Source: Eledone cirrhosa
Taxonomy: Eukaryota
Assembly (NCBI GenBank): GCA_964016885.1
Contig: OZ024750.1
Coordinates: 434,001-498,000 of the forward strand
Direction of reading: 5' to 3'
DNA: 64,000 bases
The first letter of the stretch is position 1, and every line of letters begins with the position of its first letter. Shown here piece by piece: positions 1-15,349 of the stretch. A program made the translations under genes and the position numbers. The notes under the pieces are model-generated. The model saw only the letters and a list, made by a program, of their open reading frames with translations. It ran no database searches and was not told where the DNA came from.

Positions 1-519
1 TAAATCTGTCTTAACTAAGCAGCTATCAATAAAATCATTCCAGTCGTAACCACACATTATTTTTTGTAGTCAGTTTGACTAAGATTATATGATCCAACGT
101 GTTTTCTTTTTGATAGGATATTTGGCTACTGTTTCGAGCAGAGTGATTGGCCATACAGAAGCTGGAGGAACTAACGTGGTTGTTAATTTTATCGTTTTAT
201 AGCATCTTCAGACTAATATATATGGATGTTGTTTAGCTACATGTCAAATCTGATCAAGAAGACAAACATGTTTAAAGACATTCCAACTATAGTCAAGTCT
301 TATTTTCAGACAGCAGTGTGGTTTGTGTAGATTTAGCTGATGCTTTTAGCAGACCAAGTGACCACTTAGAGGTTTTTCAACTATGTCAGTGTAATTTGTG
401 TCCTGTTCACGATCATAAGGTCTTGAGTTCGATTCCTGGCGGCACGTTGTGTCCTTGAGCAAGACATTTTATTTCAAGTTGCTACAGTCCACTCAGCTGG
501 GAAAAATGAGTTGTACCTT

Positions 520-960
520 CATCATTTCATTTTACGCCCGCTTTTCCCTGCTTGCAAGGGTGGGACGGGAACTGATTCCGGCTTGATTTCTACAGCTGGA
601 TGCCCTTCCTAACACCACCTCATTTACAGTGAGTGCTGGGTGCTTTTTTTCCGTGGCACCTCCACTTTACGGTGAGTGCTGGGTGCTTTTTTTGCCGTGG
701 CCCCTCCACGGCCACTTTGCAGTGGAATGATAGGGACCCCAGCCCTATCATCTCATTTCTACAGCTGAGTGAACTGGAGCAATGTGAAATAAAGTGTCTT
801 GCTCAAGGAAACAACATCACCCGGTCTGAGAATTGAACTCACAACCTTTCGATTGCAAGGCCAATGCTCTAACCACTAAGCCATGTGCCTCCATTGTACC
901 TTGTCACGCTGAATCTCCCTGAGAACCACATTAACAGAACACACGTCTGTGGTCTACTCA
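520..960. mobile_element. Composite SINE / RTE-tail repeat
   Basis: A (CAT)n tail, ctacagctggatgcccttcctaac and a tRNA-like head (gtcttgctcaagga...gaattgaactc). Near-identical reverse complement of 24348-24675. Confidence 0.7.
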
Positions 961-2029
961 CCCCCTTCCTAACCAACAGGGTCCAACAACAATTTTATTA
1001 TTTGAACACGGGGCAGCCCTGATTAAGCAAACTGGAGCGAGTCCCTCTGTTCCATGTGTACATGTCAGTTTGTGTGTGTTAGTTACAGTATGTAGGTATG
1101 TTAGTGAATCAGTGTATACATGTATATGTGGGGGTGGAATGTTATCAGGCACGTGTTTTATGTGTGTATATGTTGCAGTATATATTTTTGTGTATGTATA
1201 TATAGGTTGTTCTCGAGCACTACTGCTAACTCAGTTCAACCTGTCATATGATCAGGTTGTTCGCAACTAAACCGGCAACCTTATCAAGCTTTACTTAGTG
1301 AGGAGGTTGATTTTGGGTGGGGGGACACCCTGTGACTTGAAAAGCAAAACCCATCAAAGGTCCGAGTAACTAAGAGAGTCAACAGCCATCCAAGTGTGTA
1401 TATATGTATATTTTTTTATATGTATATGCCTTTATATATACATTTTAACTTTTTTCATCTTTTATGTACATGTCTGCTTATGTGGTGCAGGGATATGTAG
1501 TTCTGAAGCTTGATGTATGAACAAAGACCATCACAGCTGCTCCCAAGCCACTAATTTTTATTAAGATGAAAACTGAAGCCATTTAACCCCTGGTTATTCT
1601 TAATATGATTCACTTGCTGAGGAATCTTGAAATAATAGCTTGGTGCCTAGTGTGGGGTAACTCACCTGCAATCAATATGGCTTTCTAGTCATCTTGCTTA
1701 TGCTTGCTACAAGTATATAGTTGCATTGATACGGCAGGTGTTATGTGTGTTGCACCAGCACATTTCATCAAGGTTTTATGAGCAGGTATCTATTCAGAAG
1801 TCCAGTGGGGTTGATGTGTGCAAACTTAACAGGTTGGAAGCACATAGAGATGACACTTTGCTTATCTTAACATTGTTGTATTGTTTTCAAATAAACTTGG
1901 GTGGAGCATTGAGTATCTGAGCAGTCCTATTTAGGTGAAAGCTGCTCATCCAGTTTCCAACAAGGGTCTAGAAAAGGTGACCTAATCCTCATGTGCTCAT
2001 TTTTTGCAGGTGGGCCAGCATACTGTGAA

Positions 2030-2700
2030 TATCAAAAATTTAACATATTTGAGGAATTGAATCAGAATGAAGTATGGACGCACCTGGACTGCAAAGCCTC
2101 TGCAAATCCAAAGAGTAGGACTGCCATTGTTGCAAGAGAACTTGTACATTACAACTTAGATATTGTTGTATTTGCAGATGAGAGAAGGAGGAAGATAATT
2201 TGATGGAAGCTATAGCAGGATATACCTTCTTTTGGATAGGGAAACCAGAAAGGGAGAAGAGGGAAAATGGCATTGGATTTGCCATTAAGGTAACTCTGAC
2301 AAAATTGAGCACCCCCAGGGCAAAAAAAAAAAAAAAAAAAAAAATGATGCATTTACGCATTTGACTGACTGGTAATCGTTTTATGACAATCATTTTTGGA
2401 TATTTACTAACTATAACTAACCAGTAGTGAAGAATTGGTTTTAGGTTTCTACCAAACAGAGTTATACTTTCCTTCATACCTAGGGAAGAAAAGAACCTTT
2501 TATGTACAGAATTTGGATTAGTGATTCGTAACACATTTTTCCAACAAAAAAAAAGATATTCATAAAGTCAAATGGACATAACATCAAAACATAGCCATAT
2601 ACTATCATCATTAAAAGACAAGATTTTCTCAGTAAAAGTCATGAGGAGCTGGGTGTGGGCAGATAATTCCCTTTTTGGTAAATTAAAGCAACAAGTAAAA
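2030..2700 (+). mobile_element. Degenerate RTE-clade LINE, APE endonuclease fragment
   Basis: Frameshifted translation RTAIVARELVHYNLDIV...AGYTFFWIGKPEREKRENGIGFAIK matches the RTE/BovB endonuclease N-terminus. Confidence 0.75.
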
Positions 2701-3119
2701 CGAAATTAAGATTAAGTAGGATTAAGGTTCCTAAATGTATTGACAGCACTGAGTTTCATGAAAACATAGCTGAGGCTGTAGGTGGTGCCAAGAACAACTT
2801 CCCTAGGGTTGGTGATATACAATAAATGCTGTAATGTGGTTGGTGATAGGAAGGGCATCCAGCTGTAGAACCTTGCCAGACAAGGGGTTAGGAGGACCCT
2901 TCAGTTTGTGTCAAAAGAAACAACAATTTTTTTTCTGCACTCAATATGACTGTACATAAGCAGGATAGAGACCCCTCGGCCTGTCTGTGAGGTCAGTAGC
3001 CCCGCTTTAGTACTGAATTGGTTTATATAGACCCATCCAACCCTTGCTAGCAGGGAAAGCTGATGTTAAATGATGATGATATATAAATTAAGAACAAAAC
3101 ACGGTTTCACATTGAGGTT

Positions 3120-3125
3120 TTTATT
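3120..3125 (-). terminator. Probable polyadenylation signal (AATAAA) of the zinc-finger gene
   Basis: AATAAA on the minus strand about 490 nt after the stop, followed by a GT-rich element (gtgttttgttctt). The same context recurs at 63539-63544. Confidence 0.45.
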
Positions 3126-3615
3126 GATTAAGTTCAGTTACAAATGTGTCTCAGATGAGTGGCTGAAGGTCCATTTGTGTTATGAACTTGACTCCAACCC
3201 CAATCTGCTCATCAGACTTGTTATTCAAACAAAACCAGAAATTCTCCTGAGGGCATCAAATCTCAAATGGTGTGCATATACATGCATACAGGCCTACCAC
3301 CATACACACACACTTTATATACGTGTGTTCACTATATATCTATTATAATAATTATTATATAAGATTCTTTTCTTCTTCTTTACCCACTTATTCCTGAGAG
3401 TGTCATGGGGCAGTGTCAGCAAACACTCCTTCCAGTGGGTCCTGTCAGAAGCAACCATCACCAACTGATCCAGCTAGATCCCCAAGCAAAACCAGCTGAG
3501 CTCATGGATGTTATCCAACCATCTTGCTCGAGGTCTACTCCTGGACAGATTTAAGATTTTTTTTTAAAGAAAATATATTTTGTCATTGATGTGTAGTTAA
3601 GTGAACTTGTTGATA

Positions 3616-6159
3616 TCATTGATTTGGTTTTTCTCTTGTATGAATATGTTTGTGCCTAATTAAATGACTATTTTGTGAGAATGATTTACCACATATATCA
3701 CAGTGATGTGGTTTCTCTCCTGTATGGATACGTTTATGTTGAATTAGGTTGCCTTTTCCAGAGAATGATTTACCACAGATATCACAGTGATGTGGTTTCT
3801 CTCCTGTATGGATAAGTTTATGAGCATTTAAGTTTGTTGCTTCAGAGAACGATTTACCACAGATATCACAGTGATATGGTTTCTCTCCTGAATGAATACG
3901 TTTGTGGTTAATTAGGCTATTACTTTGAGAGAAGGATTTACCACAAATATCACAGTGATATGGTTTCTCTCCTGTATGAATATATTTGTGAGTATTTAAA
4001 TGACTTTTTTCAGAGAATGATTTACCACAGATACCACACTGATATGGCTTCTCTCCTGTATGAGTTTGTTTATGAGTATTTAAGTTACTTCTTTCAGAGA
4101 ATGATTTACCACAGATATCACAGTGATATGGTTTCTCTTTTGTATGAATACGTTTGTGAATATTTAATTGGCTTCCAACAGCGAATGATTTACCACACAC
4201 ATCACAGTGATATGGTTTCTCTCCTGTGTGAATACGTCTGTGTTTAATTAGATTACTACTTTGTGAGAATGTTTTGCCACAGATATTACAGTGATATGGT
4301 TTTTCTCCTGTATGAATACGTTTGTGCTGAATTAAAGTACAACTTACAGAGAATGATTTACCACAGATATCACAGTGATATGGTTTCTCTCCTGTATGAA
4401 TACGTTTATGTTGATTTAAGCTGCTTCTTACGGAGAATGATTCACCACAGATATCACAGCGATATGGTTTCTCTCCTGTATGAGTACGTTTGTGGTTAAT
4501 TAACTGAATGTTTACAGAGAATAATTTACCACAGATAACACAGTGGTATGGTTTCTCTCCTGAATGAATACGTTTATGGTTAATTAGGCTATTACTTTGA
4601 GAAAATGATTTATCACAGATATTACATTGATATGGTTTCTCTCCTGTATGAATATGTTTATGAGTATTTAAATGACTTCTTACAGAGAATGATTTACCAC
4701 AGATATCACAGTGATATGGTTTCTCTCCTGTATGAATACGTTTGTGACAAATTATGCTCCTTTCTTCAGTAAATGATTTACCACAAATATCACAATGATG
4801 TGGTTTTTCTCCTGTATGAGTACGTTTGTGAGCAGTTAATTTACTTTGACTAGGGAATGATTTATCACAAATATCACAGTGATATGTTTTCTTTCTTGTA
4901 TGAATACGTTTGTGTCTAGTTATGTCATTTTCTTTAGAGAATGATTTACCACAGACATCACAATGATATGGCTTTTCTTCTATATGAAGACGTCTATGCA
5001 CATTTAAGCTACTATTTTGAGAGAATTGTTTACCACAGATATCACAGTGATGTGGTTTCTCTCCTGTGTGAATTTGATTGTGTCTACTTAAGGTAGTACT
5101 TTCAGAGAATGATTTACCACAGATCTTACATTGATAGGGTTTCTCTCCTGTATGAATACGTTTGTGAGTATTTAAGTTACTTCCTTCAGAGAATGATTTA
5201 CCACAAATATCACAGTAATATGGTTTCTCTCCTGTATGAGTACGTTTGTGAGAAGTTAAGTGGCCATGTAAAGAAAATGATTTGCCACAAATATCACAGT
5301 GATACGGTTTCTCTCCTGTATGAGTACGTTTGTGAGAAGTTAAGTGGCTACATAAAGAGAATGATTTGCCACAAATATCACAGTGATATGGTTTCTCTCC
5401 TGTATGAATACGTTTATGAGCAGTTAAGTAATACTTTTGAGAGAATGACTTTCCACAGATATCACACTGATATGGTTTCTCTCCTGTATGAATACGTTTG
5501 TGATTAGTTAGATTATACTTTTGAGAGAATGATTTACCACAGATCTTACATTGATAGGGTTTCTCTCCTGTATGAATACGTTTGTGAGTATTTAAGTTAC
5601 TTCCTTCAGAGAATGATTTACCACAAATATCACAGTAATATGGTTTCTCTCCTGTATGAGTACGTTTGTGAGAAGTTAAGTAGCCACGTAAAGAAAATGA
5701 TTTGCCACAAATATCACAGTGATATGGTTTCTCTCCTGTATGAGTACATTTGTGAGAAGTTAAGTGGCTACATAAAGAGAATGATTTGCCACAGATATCA
5801 CAGTGATATGGTTTCTCTCCTGTATGAATACGTTTATGAGCAATTAAGTAATACTTTTGAGAGAATGACTTTCCACAGATATCACACTGATATGGTTTCT
5901 CTCCTGTATGAATACGTTTGTGATTAGTTAGATTATACTTTTGAGAGAATGATTTACTACAGATGTCACAATGATATGCTTTCTCTCCTGTATGAATACG
6001 CTTATGAGTAGTGAAGTCACATTGTTGAGAGAATGACTTTCCACAGATATCACAACCATATGATGTTTTTCCTTTCTTGTTCAGCTTTTTACCAGGAAAA
6101 TGAATCCCTTCAGAGTGTTTTTTAAATTTAACCTTATTCTCACACAAGTCAGTTTCCAT
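3616..6159 (-). CDS. C2H2 zinc-finger protein, 29 tandem fingers, 847 aa, single coding exon
   Basis: Intact ORF of CxxC-x12-HxxxH repeats with TGEKP linkers and a short N-terminal leader with no KRAB, SCAN or BTB domain. In-frame stop upstream of the ATG; likely 5'UTR acceptor (tttcag) at 6523-6525. Confidence 0.96.
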   Translation of the reverse strand: METDLCENKVKFKKHSEGIHFPGKKLNKKGKTSYGCDICGKSFSQQCDFTTHKRIHTGEKAYHCDICSKSFSQKYNLTNHKRIHTGEKPYQCDICGKSFSQKYYLIAHKRIHTGEKPYHCDICGKSFSLCSHLTSHKCTHTGEKPYHCDICGKSFSLRGYLTSHKRTHTGEKPYYCDICGKSFSEGSNLNTHKRIHTGEKPYQCKICGKSFSQKYNLTNHKRIHTGEKPYQCDICGKSFSQKYYLTAHKRIHTGEKPYHCDICGKSFSLCSHLTSHKRTHTGEKPYHCDICGKSFSLHGHLTSHKRTHTGEKPYYCDICGKSFSEGSNLNTHKRIHTGEKPYQCKICGKSFSESTTLSRHNQIHTGEKPHHCDICGKQFSQNSSLNVHRRLHIEEKPYHCDVCGKSFSKENDITRHKRIHTRKKTYHCDICDKSFPSQSKLTAHKRTHTGEKPHHCDICGKSFTEERSIICHKRIHTGEKPYHCDICGKSFSVRSHLNTHKHIHTGEKPYQCNICDKSFSQSNSLINHKRIHSGEKPYHCVICGKLFSVNIQLINHKRTHTGEKPYRCDICGESFSVRSSLNQHKRIHTGEKPYHCDICGKSFSVSCTLIQHKRIHTGEKPYHCNICGKTFSQSSNLIKHRRIHTGEKPYHCDVCGKSFAVGSQLNIHKRIHTKEKPYHCDICGKSFSERSNLNTHKQTHTGEKPYQCGICGKSFSEKSHLNTHKYIHTGEKPYHCDICGKSFSQSNSLINHKRIHSGEKPYHCDICGKSFSEATNLNAHKLIHTGEKPHHCDICGKSFSGKGNLIQHKRIHTGEKPHHCDICGKSFSQNSHLIRHKHIHTREKPNQ

Positions 6160-7866
6160 AATTTTCCGTCTCCCACCACAATACAGAAATGTGTTTCTTC
6201 TTTTTCTTTTTGTCTAATTCCTAATAAATATTTCCTTTGCAATATTTCCAACAACTGTGATCTTTGTCAATATCTAAAGATGTTGCAAACTCTATTGTAA
6301 TCCAAAGTTAAATAAAATACAAAATTATGATGTAGATATTCCAGATAGAGAACTAGAGAAATGTTGTTTATAATCTCAGTTCAGAAGATATATTTCACAG
6401 TAATTCTACAACAGATTTATATCTGTTGTGTATAACATCTTCTTTTCATCTTCAAAAGTTGATAAATATTGATGATTAAATCTGGTGTAAAAAATTGTTT
6501 CATATCAATGTTACGGGATATGCTGAAATAATAAAGAAACAGTATAAGATATAAAAGATACTTGAAATGTAAAGATTGAGTGGAAATCTCTATATAAATG
6601 TTAGACCTAGAAATATAACTTGGAATCAAAACATCTTAAATTGAACTTGGCAAAGACTAAAGTCCTAGTAAGTAGAAAGGGAAACAAGATCCTAATGCCT
6701 TCAGGGAAATGGCTTTGCTCAGTATACAGAAAAGAAGGTTGAAATTCCATCCTTTGTCGCAAATACAAACTATGGGCACATAAGACATGCAGTGGGATCT
6801 CAGGAGGGCTAGCAAAGAATGTAGGTTTTGATGTGGTCGGTGCACAGGAGCAATAAGAAGTAGGCGTTCACAGGAAACTAACTGTATCAGATGCTCAGTG
6901 TTCTGTAGATGTAGTTGATGGATGTGTAATATACATGATCGGCAAAGTGTAAATGAACTGAGTCACATCTGATACACCTCTCCTGGTCAACCCATGCATA
7001 CAGGCATGGAAAGCTGGACACACTCTCCCACAATGTTTCTTCTTCTTTGATATTATAAAGTGGGTATTAACAAACCTTCCTGGATATACCCTTATTCCAT
7101 TGCTGTACTTACTTTTCGATTGTCAATTTTCGTTTTTATGTGATGCGTGAAGGAACCAACCAACAAACATCTCTTTTATATTATATCATCATCATTTTAC
7201 GTCCGCTTTTCGCTGCTTGCAAGGGTGGGACATTATATATATATATATATATATAATGTATATAAACAATACAATATAATTACCTCATTACCAGAGGTTT
7301 CCCGGATAAGACGAATACAAGAAACGTCCGCATTCGTTCGTCACCCAAGGCAAATTGCCTTGTCTGACGAACGAACCCGTCCTAAAGTTTGTATAATCAA
7401 ACTATGTCCATTGTCTGTGACACCTATAATTACTATGTAATCCAAATGGCATCTAATTTTTATAGATTTAATATAAATATTCATCTACTTACCATATCTT
7501 AATGTAAACAGTCAAAGACATTAATATAGTTGTTAGAATGAGGTTTTCAAATATTTCACCAACTTCATTCAACAGGATTAGCGTCTTAAATCTTTAGCCA
7601 TAGATTCGTATCTTGAAAAGCTGAAGCTAACTTTCAATTTTTAGCCACAGTTTTGATACGGAGTATGTGCGTGTGTAATATTTGCATATGTATATACGTA
7701 TCAATGTATCACACACGTCTCTCTCTCTCTATATATATAAAAACTGGCGAAACTCCAGAGTAACAAGACTCACTATTTAGCCTTGATAAAATGAATATTA
7801 AAACTCAATTCTACTTCGGTATTGAGTACTCTTTTCTCTCAGCCGTCAACCACATACGTGTGTGTG

Positions 7867-7897
<31 letters not shown>

Positions 7898-8979
7898 GTT
7901 ACCACTCTTCTCTCTTGCACACTGCTTCCTCTTATACCGTGTTTTCTCAGTTCATCCATGCTTTGTTGTTTTCGCACATTAACATTGCACATCCATCGAA
8001 GCATACTCTCTAACCTTCGCAGTCACTGTCTCATCACCATACAACATCAGATATTATTGCACACAGGGCTAATACGGTTGGCTTTCCGTAGAGAGAAACC
8101 TTTAATTGTTAACAGAGGGAGTAGTTCCCTGAACTTTTCCATCGTAGCTACTATGCTTATAATACAACCTCCACTTAGGGGTCACGCTCTTAAAAATAAT
8201 TGTTTCTACTTTAGGCACAAGGCCGCAATTATTCCAGTGCATTACTGGTGCTTTATTTTATCGACCCCGTAAGTTAACCTTGGCGGGATTTGAACTCAAA
8301 CAGTAACATAGTCCCTGGAAAGAAACAACACAGTTATTAATAAGAAGGGTTGGAATTAATGCATCACTCCTTCACAGTCAGTCTATGAACTTTTCAGTCG
8401 ATCTCGTAAACAGTCTGAAGTCTGTCTTAAGCCAGATGGCTCATTTGGCCGGTGTTTATCCCGGTTTCATGGCGTAAAGCGACTGGGAGTACAAGACTTC
8501 TCCCTGGACACAACACCTAACCCAGGAATCGAACCTACAACATTACGATCGTAAGTCCATGTACCTCCACCGTAAACAGAGTAGTCATGTTATATACTTA
8601 TATATATAAGATATAAGTTTGATATATAATTTGAATCCATCCCAATATTTACTGGAACTTATTTTAACATCAGAAATACATCAACTTATCAACATATTTA
8701 TCAACATCAGAGATAAAGATTCAAAGCCAAGCCATGTAGACGAAGAGGCCGAAACTAAATGCATTTAAGGCATTTAGCCAAGCACTGTAATTTGATATTA
8801 CACAATAAAAATAGATGAAAGACATGGCTAGCCGCAGTTTCTACTAGTCTATCATCCTCTGATTGATACGATGAAAATCTATTAAACACATAGCTAAATA
8901 AATAAATAAATATAAGCTGTAATTTCAATTCTACAAGTATCTACTTAGTCGATTGATTTGATAAAATAGTTTCAATGGC

Positions 8980-9060
8980 CAAAGGGAGGTAACTCTAGTT
9001 TTTATAGCTAGCGGAAATGATGCAGTACGCATGCGTTTGCCACAGACCATTGTTAGCACC
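8980..9060 (+). promoter_or_regulatory. Candidate JAGN1 promoter, possibly bidirectional
   Basis: An ETS-like GCGGAAAT and an NRF1/EWG-like palindrome ACGCATGCGT lie about 130-150 nt upstream of the JAGN1 ATG. The gene is head-to-head with the ZNF gene. Confidence 0.35.
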
Positions 9061-9163
9061 GTCAGTCATTTTCATCTGCTAAGCAATGTTATAACAAGTT
9101 TCGTGTCTCAATTTTCGAGAGAGAGAAAAAAATACAAACAATTTTTTATATTATTACGCTGCA

Positions 9164-9252
9164 ATGGCGTCAATGAGTGGAAGCCGGCCAGCTGGTTCTG
9201 ATGGAAGTGATTTTTGGCATCGAGAAAGTATCGCGTGGCAACATAAACAAAG
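9164..9252 (+). CDS. JAGN1: Protein jagunal homolog 1, coding exon 1
   Basis: Translates MASMSGSRPAGSDGSDFWHRESIAWQHKQ(S), matching the jagunal GxDGSDFxHRE signature. Ends at the donor AG|GTAATT, phase 2. Not in the ORF track. Confidence 0.93.
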
Positions 9253-9577
9253 GTAATTAACTTTTATGAAGAATTGAAAATATAGGTGTTATATATATAT
9301 ATATATTATATATTATATATCCTGTTATAAATAGAAAATTCTCATCAGAAAGTTATTGCCTCCTTATTAGTACCTTCGATTGTTTTTATATATATAGTAA
9401 ACCGCATAACTTTTTATAATCAATCATAAATTGAAATGGTAAATTTATGATTGATTATAAAACATCGTCTTCTGTTAATGTCCATTTAGAAATAAAAAAA
9501 AAAAAGAAATCGAAAACTATATTATATTGAAAATAAAACCTTCAGCGACTTTTGAACCTTAGTGAGTGTACACACAC

Positions 9578-12795
<3,218 letters not shown>

Positions 12796-12840
12796 ACCAT
12801 TTAACATGACCATTTAACATCTCAGGGTATGTCATGTATC

Positions 12841-12897
12841 ATATTTTGTCTGATGAGGACATACTGTTGTACATCCGAAATATGTATAATAAAATGT
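12841..12897 (+). ncRNA. Minimal type-I hammerhead ribozyme motif (Penelope-like/retrozyme type)
   Basis: Stem I ATATTTTGT/ATAAAATGT (9 bp including 2 G-U). Core CTGATGA 12850-12856. Stem II GGA-ca-TAC tgtt GTA-ca-TCC. GAAA 12877-12880. Short stem III AT-atgt-AT. NUH = AUA, with predicted cleavage after 12888. Confidence 0.7.
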
Positions 12898-13040
12898 AAT
12901 TGATCAAAAGAAAATCTATTTTATTAATATTTGTATTTTAATATTAATAACTCCGGAAAATTATTTTTACCGTAGAGTGCTTCCAATCTACTGTAAAACT
13001 CATTCTTTGATATACTCATTGAATATTGTTTAACACTTTA

Positions 13041-13075
<35 letters not shown>

Positions 13076-13479
13076 TATAAGGAATATACCAGTTTTAAAC
13101 TAGTAAGACCATTATTCAGCAGAGTTCTCGACTCGATACTTGGGATAGTACAGTGTAAATATACTAGAGTCAGGCCCGACGGGAGAGCTCTTGCCGTTTC
13201 GACAGCAAATTCCCGACCGTTGAAACAAGAGCTCTGCCGTCGGGCCCTTATTCTCTACTATATATATGTGTATATATATATAAGTAGAAGTTGTATCTAA
13301 TTTGTTGGAAGTCCGACAAACAAATGTTTATAACTGATTTAGAGCACTCAACAAGTTACTGGAGTAAATATTCAATGATATATAATAAAATAAATATGGT
13401 TTTATAAATATAGTTTCCATTTATTTAATGTCATTGTATATATGTATATATATATATATATATATATTATTTTTTTCGA

Positions 13480-13971
13480 ACCACGCCACCTACATCCACA
13501 CCACGTATAAACACAAACACACGTGCGCATCCCCACATATACACACTCAGCCTCCGGAATCCACCACCCCCCTCTCCATCAGCACGCACCCCCCTACCTT
13601 TTTCTGACCATGGAACCTCGTTCTATCCCCAACTCTCACATTCACACGCGCACACACACACACCTACACAAACACCACCTTCAGCCCTCCCCTCTCGGAC
13701 CCCCCAACTCCACCCGCCACCACCCCTACACGCCTCACACCCTTCCACCACTTGTTTATTTTTTTTTTATCTGTACTTTAATCGCCCCCCCCCTTTTTTT
13801 TTCTAAATGTCTCTCCACCACTCCCCCATACAACCTCGAAACTCTCTTCCTACCCACTTTTCTCCTGATGAAGGGCTTATGCCTGAAACGCCCCCCACCC
13901 ACTCTCAAAAGCGTGAACCTGATAAACTTTTATTTGTTACTGCCTCTCTGTTTTTGTTCCCGTCTAAGTTT

Positions 13972-13975
<4 letters not shown>
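13480..13975 (+). mobile_element. Probable Penelope-like element terminal remnant
   Basis: A C-rich tract, then the hammerhead-like core CTGATGA-AGGGC-ttat-GCCT-GAAAC (13865-13889), then a T-rich tail. Flanked by (TA)n on both sides. Confidence 0.45.
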
Positions 13976-14029
<54 letters not shown>

Positions 14030-14036
<7 letters not shown>

Positions 14037-14327
14037 ACTAGAAATTGATTAACATATAAATAAACATGAATAATATGAATAATCACAAGAGATAATTTTT
14101 ACAAGTGTGTAAGCACACATAGCTAAGTAGGTAACTAAATAAAGTTAACCAGAACTTCAAAAATAGATACCTTATAATGTGATTAATCATATTATAAGGT
14201 ATCTATTTTTGAAGTTCTGGTTAACTTTATTTAGTTACCTACTTAGCTATGTGTGCTTACACACTGGTAAAAATTATCTCCTGTGATTATTCATATTATT
14301 CATGTTAATCAATTTCTAGTTATTATA
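14030..14327. repeat. About 300 bp spacer-less palindrome
   Basis: The arms are reverse complements around GATT|AATC (14184/14185), with a few mismatches and one 12-nt indel. Confidence 0.93.
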
Positions 14328-15291
14328 AAATGCTCGGACCTATTCGTTAGAATCTTAGAGCTTATTTTGCGGGTGATATGGCGCATGTCTTTCTGGCATG
14401 ACACCCATAATTTTGATTTAGATTAAATTCATTTTGATTTATCTTAATTTTGGATATATATATATATCTATCTCTATATATATATATACACACACACCTC
14501 TTGTGACACAAGAAAAGACATGAAAGTTTCTTGTTGTTTTTTTCAAATTACGTAGTTTAATTTTTTTTTTCAATTCCATTCCGTATAATTTAGTCGTTGT
14601 CTCTGCTTTGATTCCAAACTTCATTTACAGAGACAGAAGAGGGTATGTCGGATGGTTTTGAGTTCAAATCTGACTGATAACGACTTTGAGTTGTATCTCT
14701 CTGGAGTCGATAAAATATTTATCGATTTTATATGTGGCCATCAATTGAATCCATCATAGAAGTGTGTAGTAGCCTTGTGCCATTATAAGAAATTATTTAA
14801 TGAAAGTTTTTTTTTTTTTTTGCTTTTACTTTAAATACTTTGAAACACGGCAAATCGTTAGAATGTTTCATAATTCAATTTATTTGGTAAATAGATCAGA
14901 AATGTCCAAATATATCAGCATTTTTCTCTGTTCTCGCTGAATGTAAAGTAAGTAGCGCTTTGTTAGCGGGTGCGCGAATGTTTTGCAACATTTCCTATTA
15001 CACTTCAACCTGTCTTATTCTCTTTTCATCTACAACACCATCTGCTTCCGTAGCCTGAACAAGTCTTACTACTAACACGATTTTTATTTGTTTATTATTA
15101 TATATCTCTAACTACCTCTCTCTTCTACTCAAAGGTTTCTTTCTCTTACAGCTTGTTATATACCTCCTCGTTCGTCATTCCGTTCTACATGCTCGAAAGC
15201 CTCATCTATTACCTCTCACACACCTTTCTTTATTTTTATATCCTCGCTACTTTTTGTTGGGCCTCTGCAAAATAGAAATACAAAACAAAAG

Positions 15292-15349
<58 letters not shown>

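Noticed and set aside
3960-5927. Plus-strand repetitive ORFs (MVSLLYEY...)
   Set aside because: Antisense shadows of the zinc-finger repeats.
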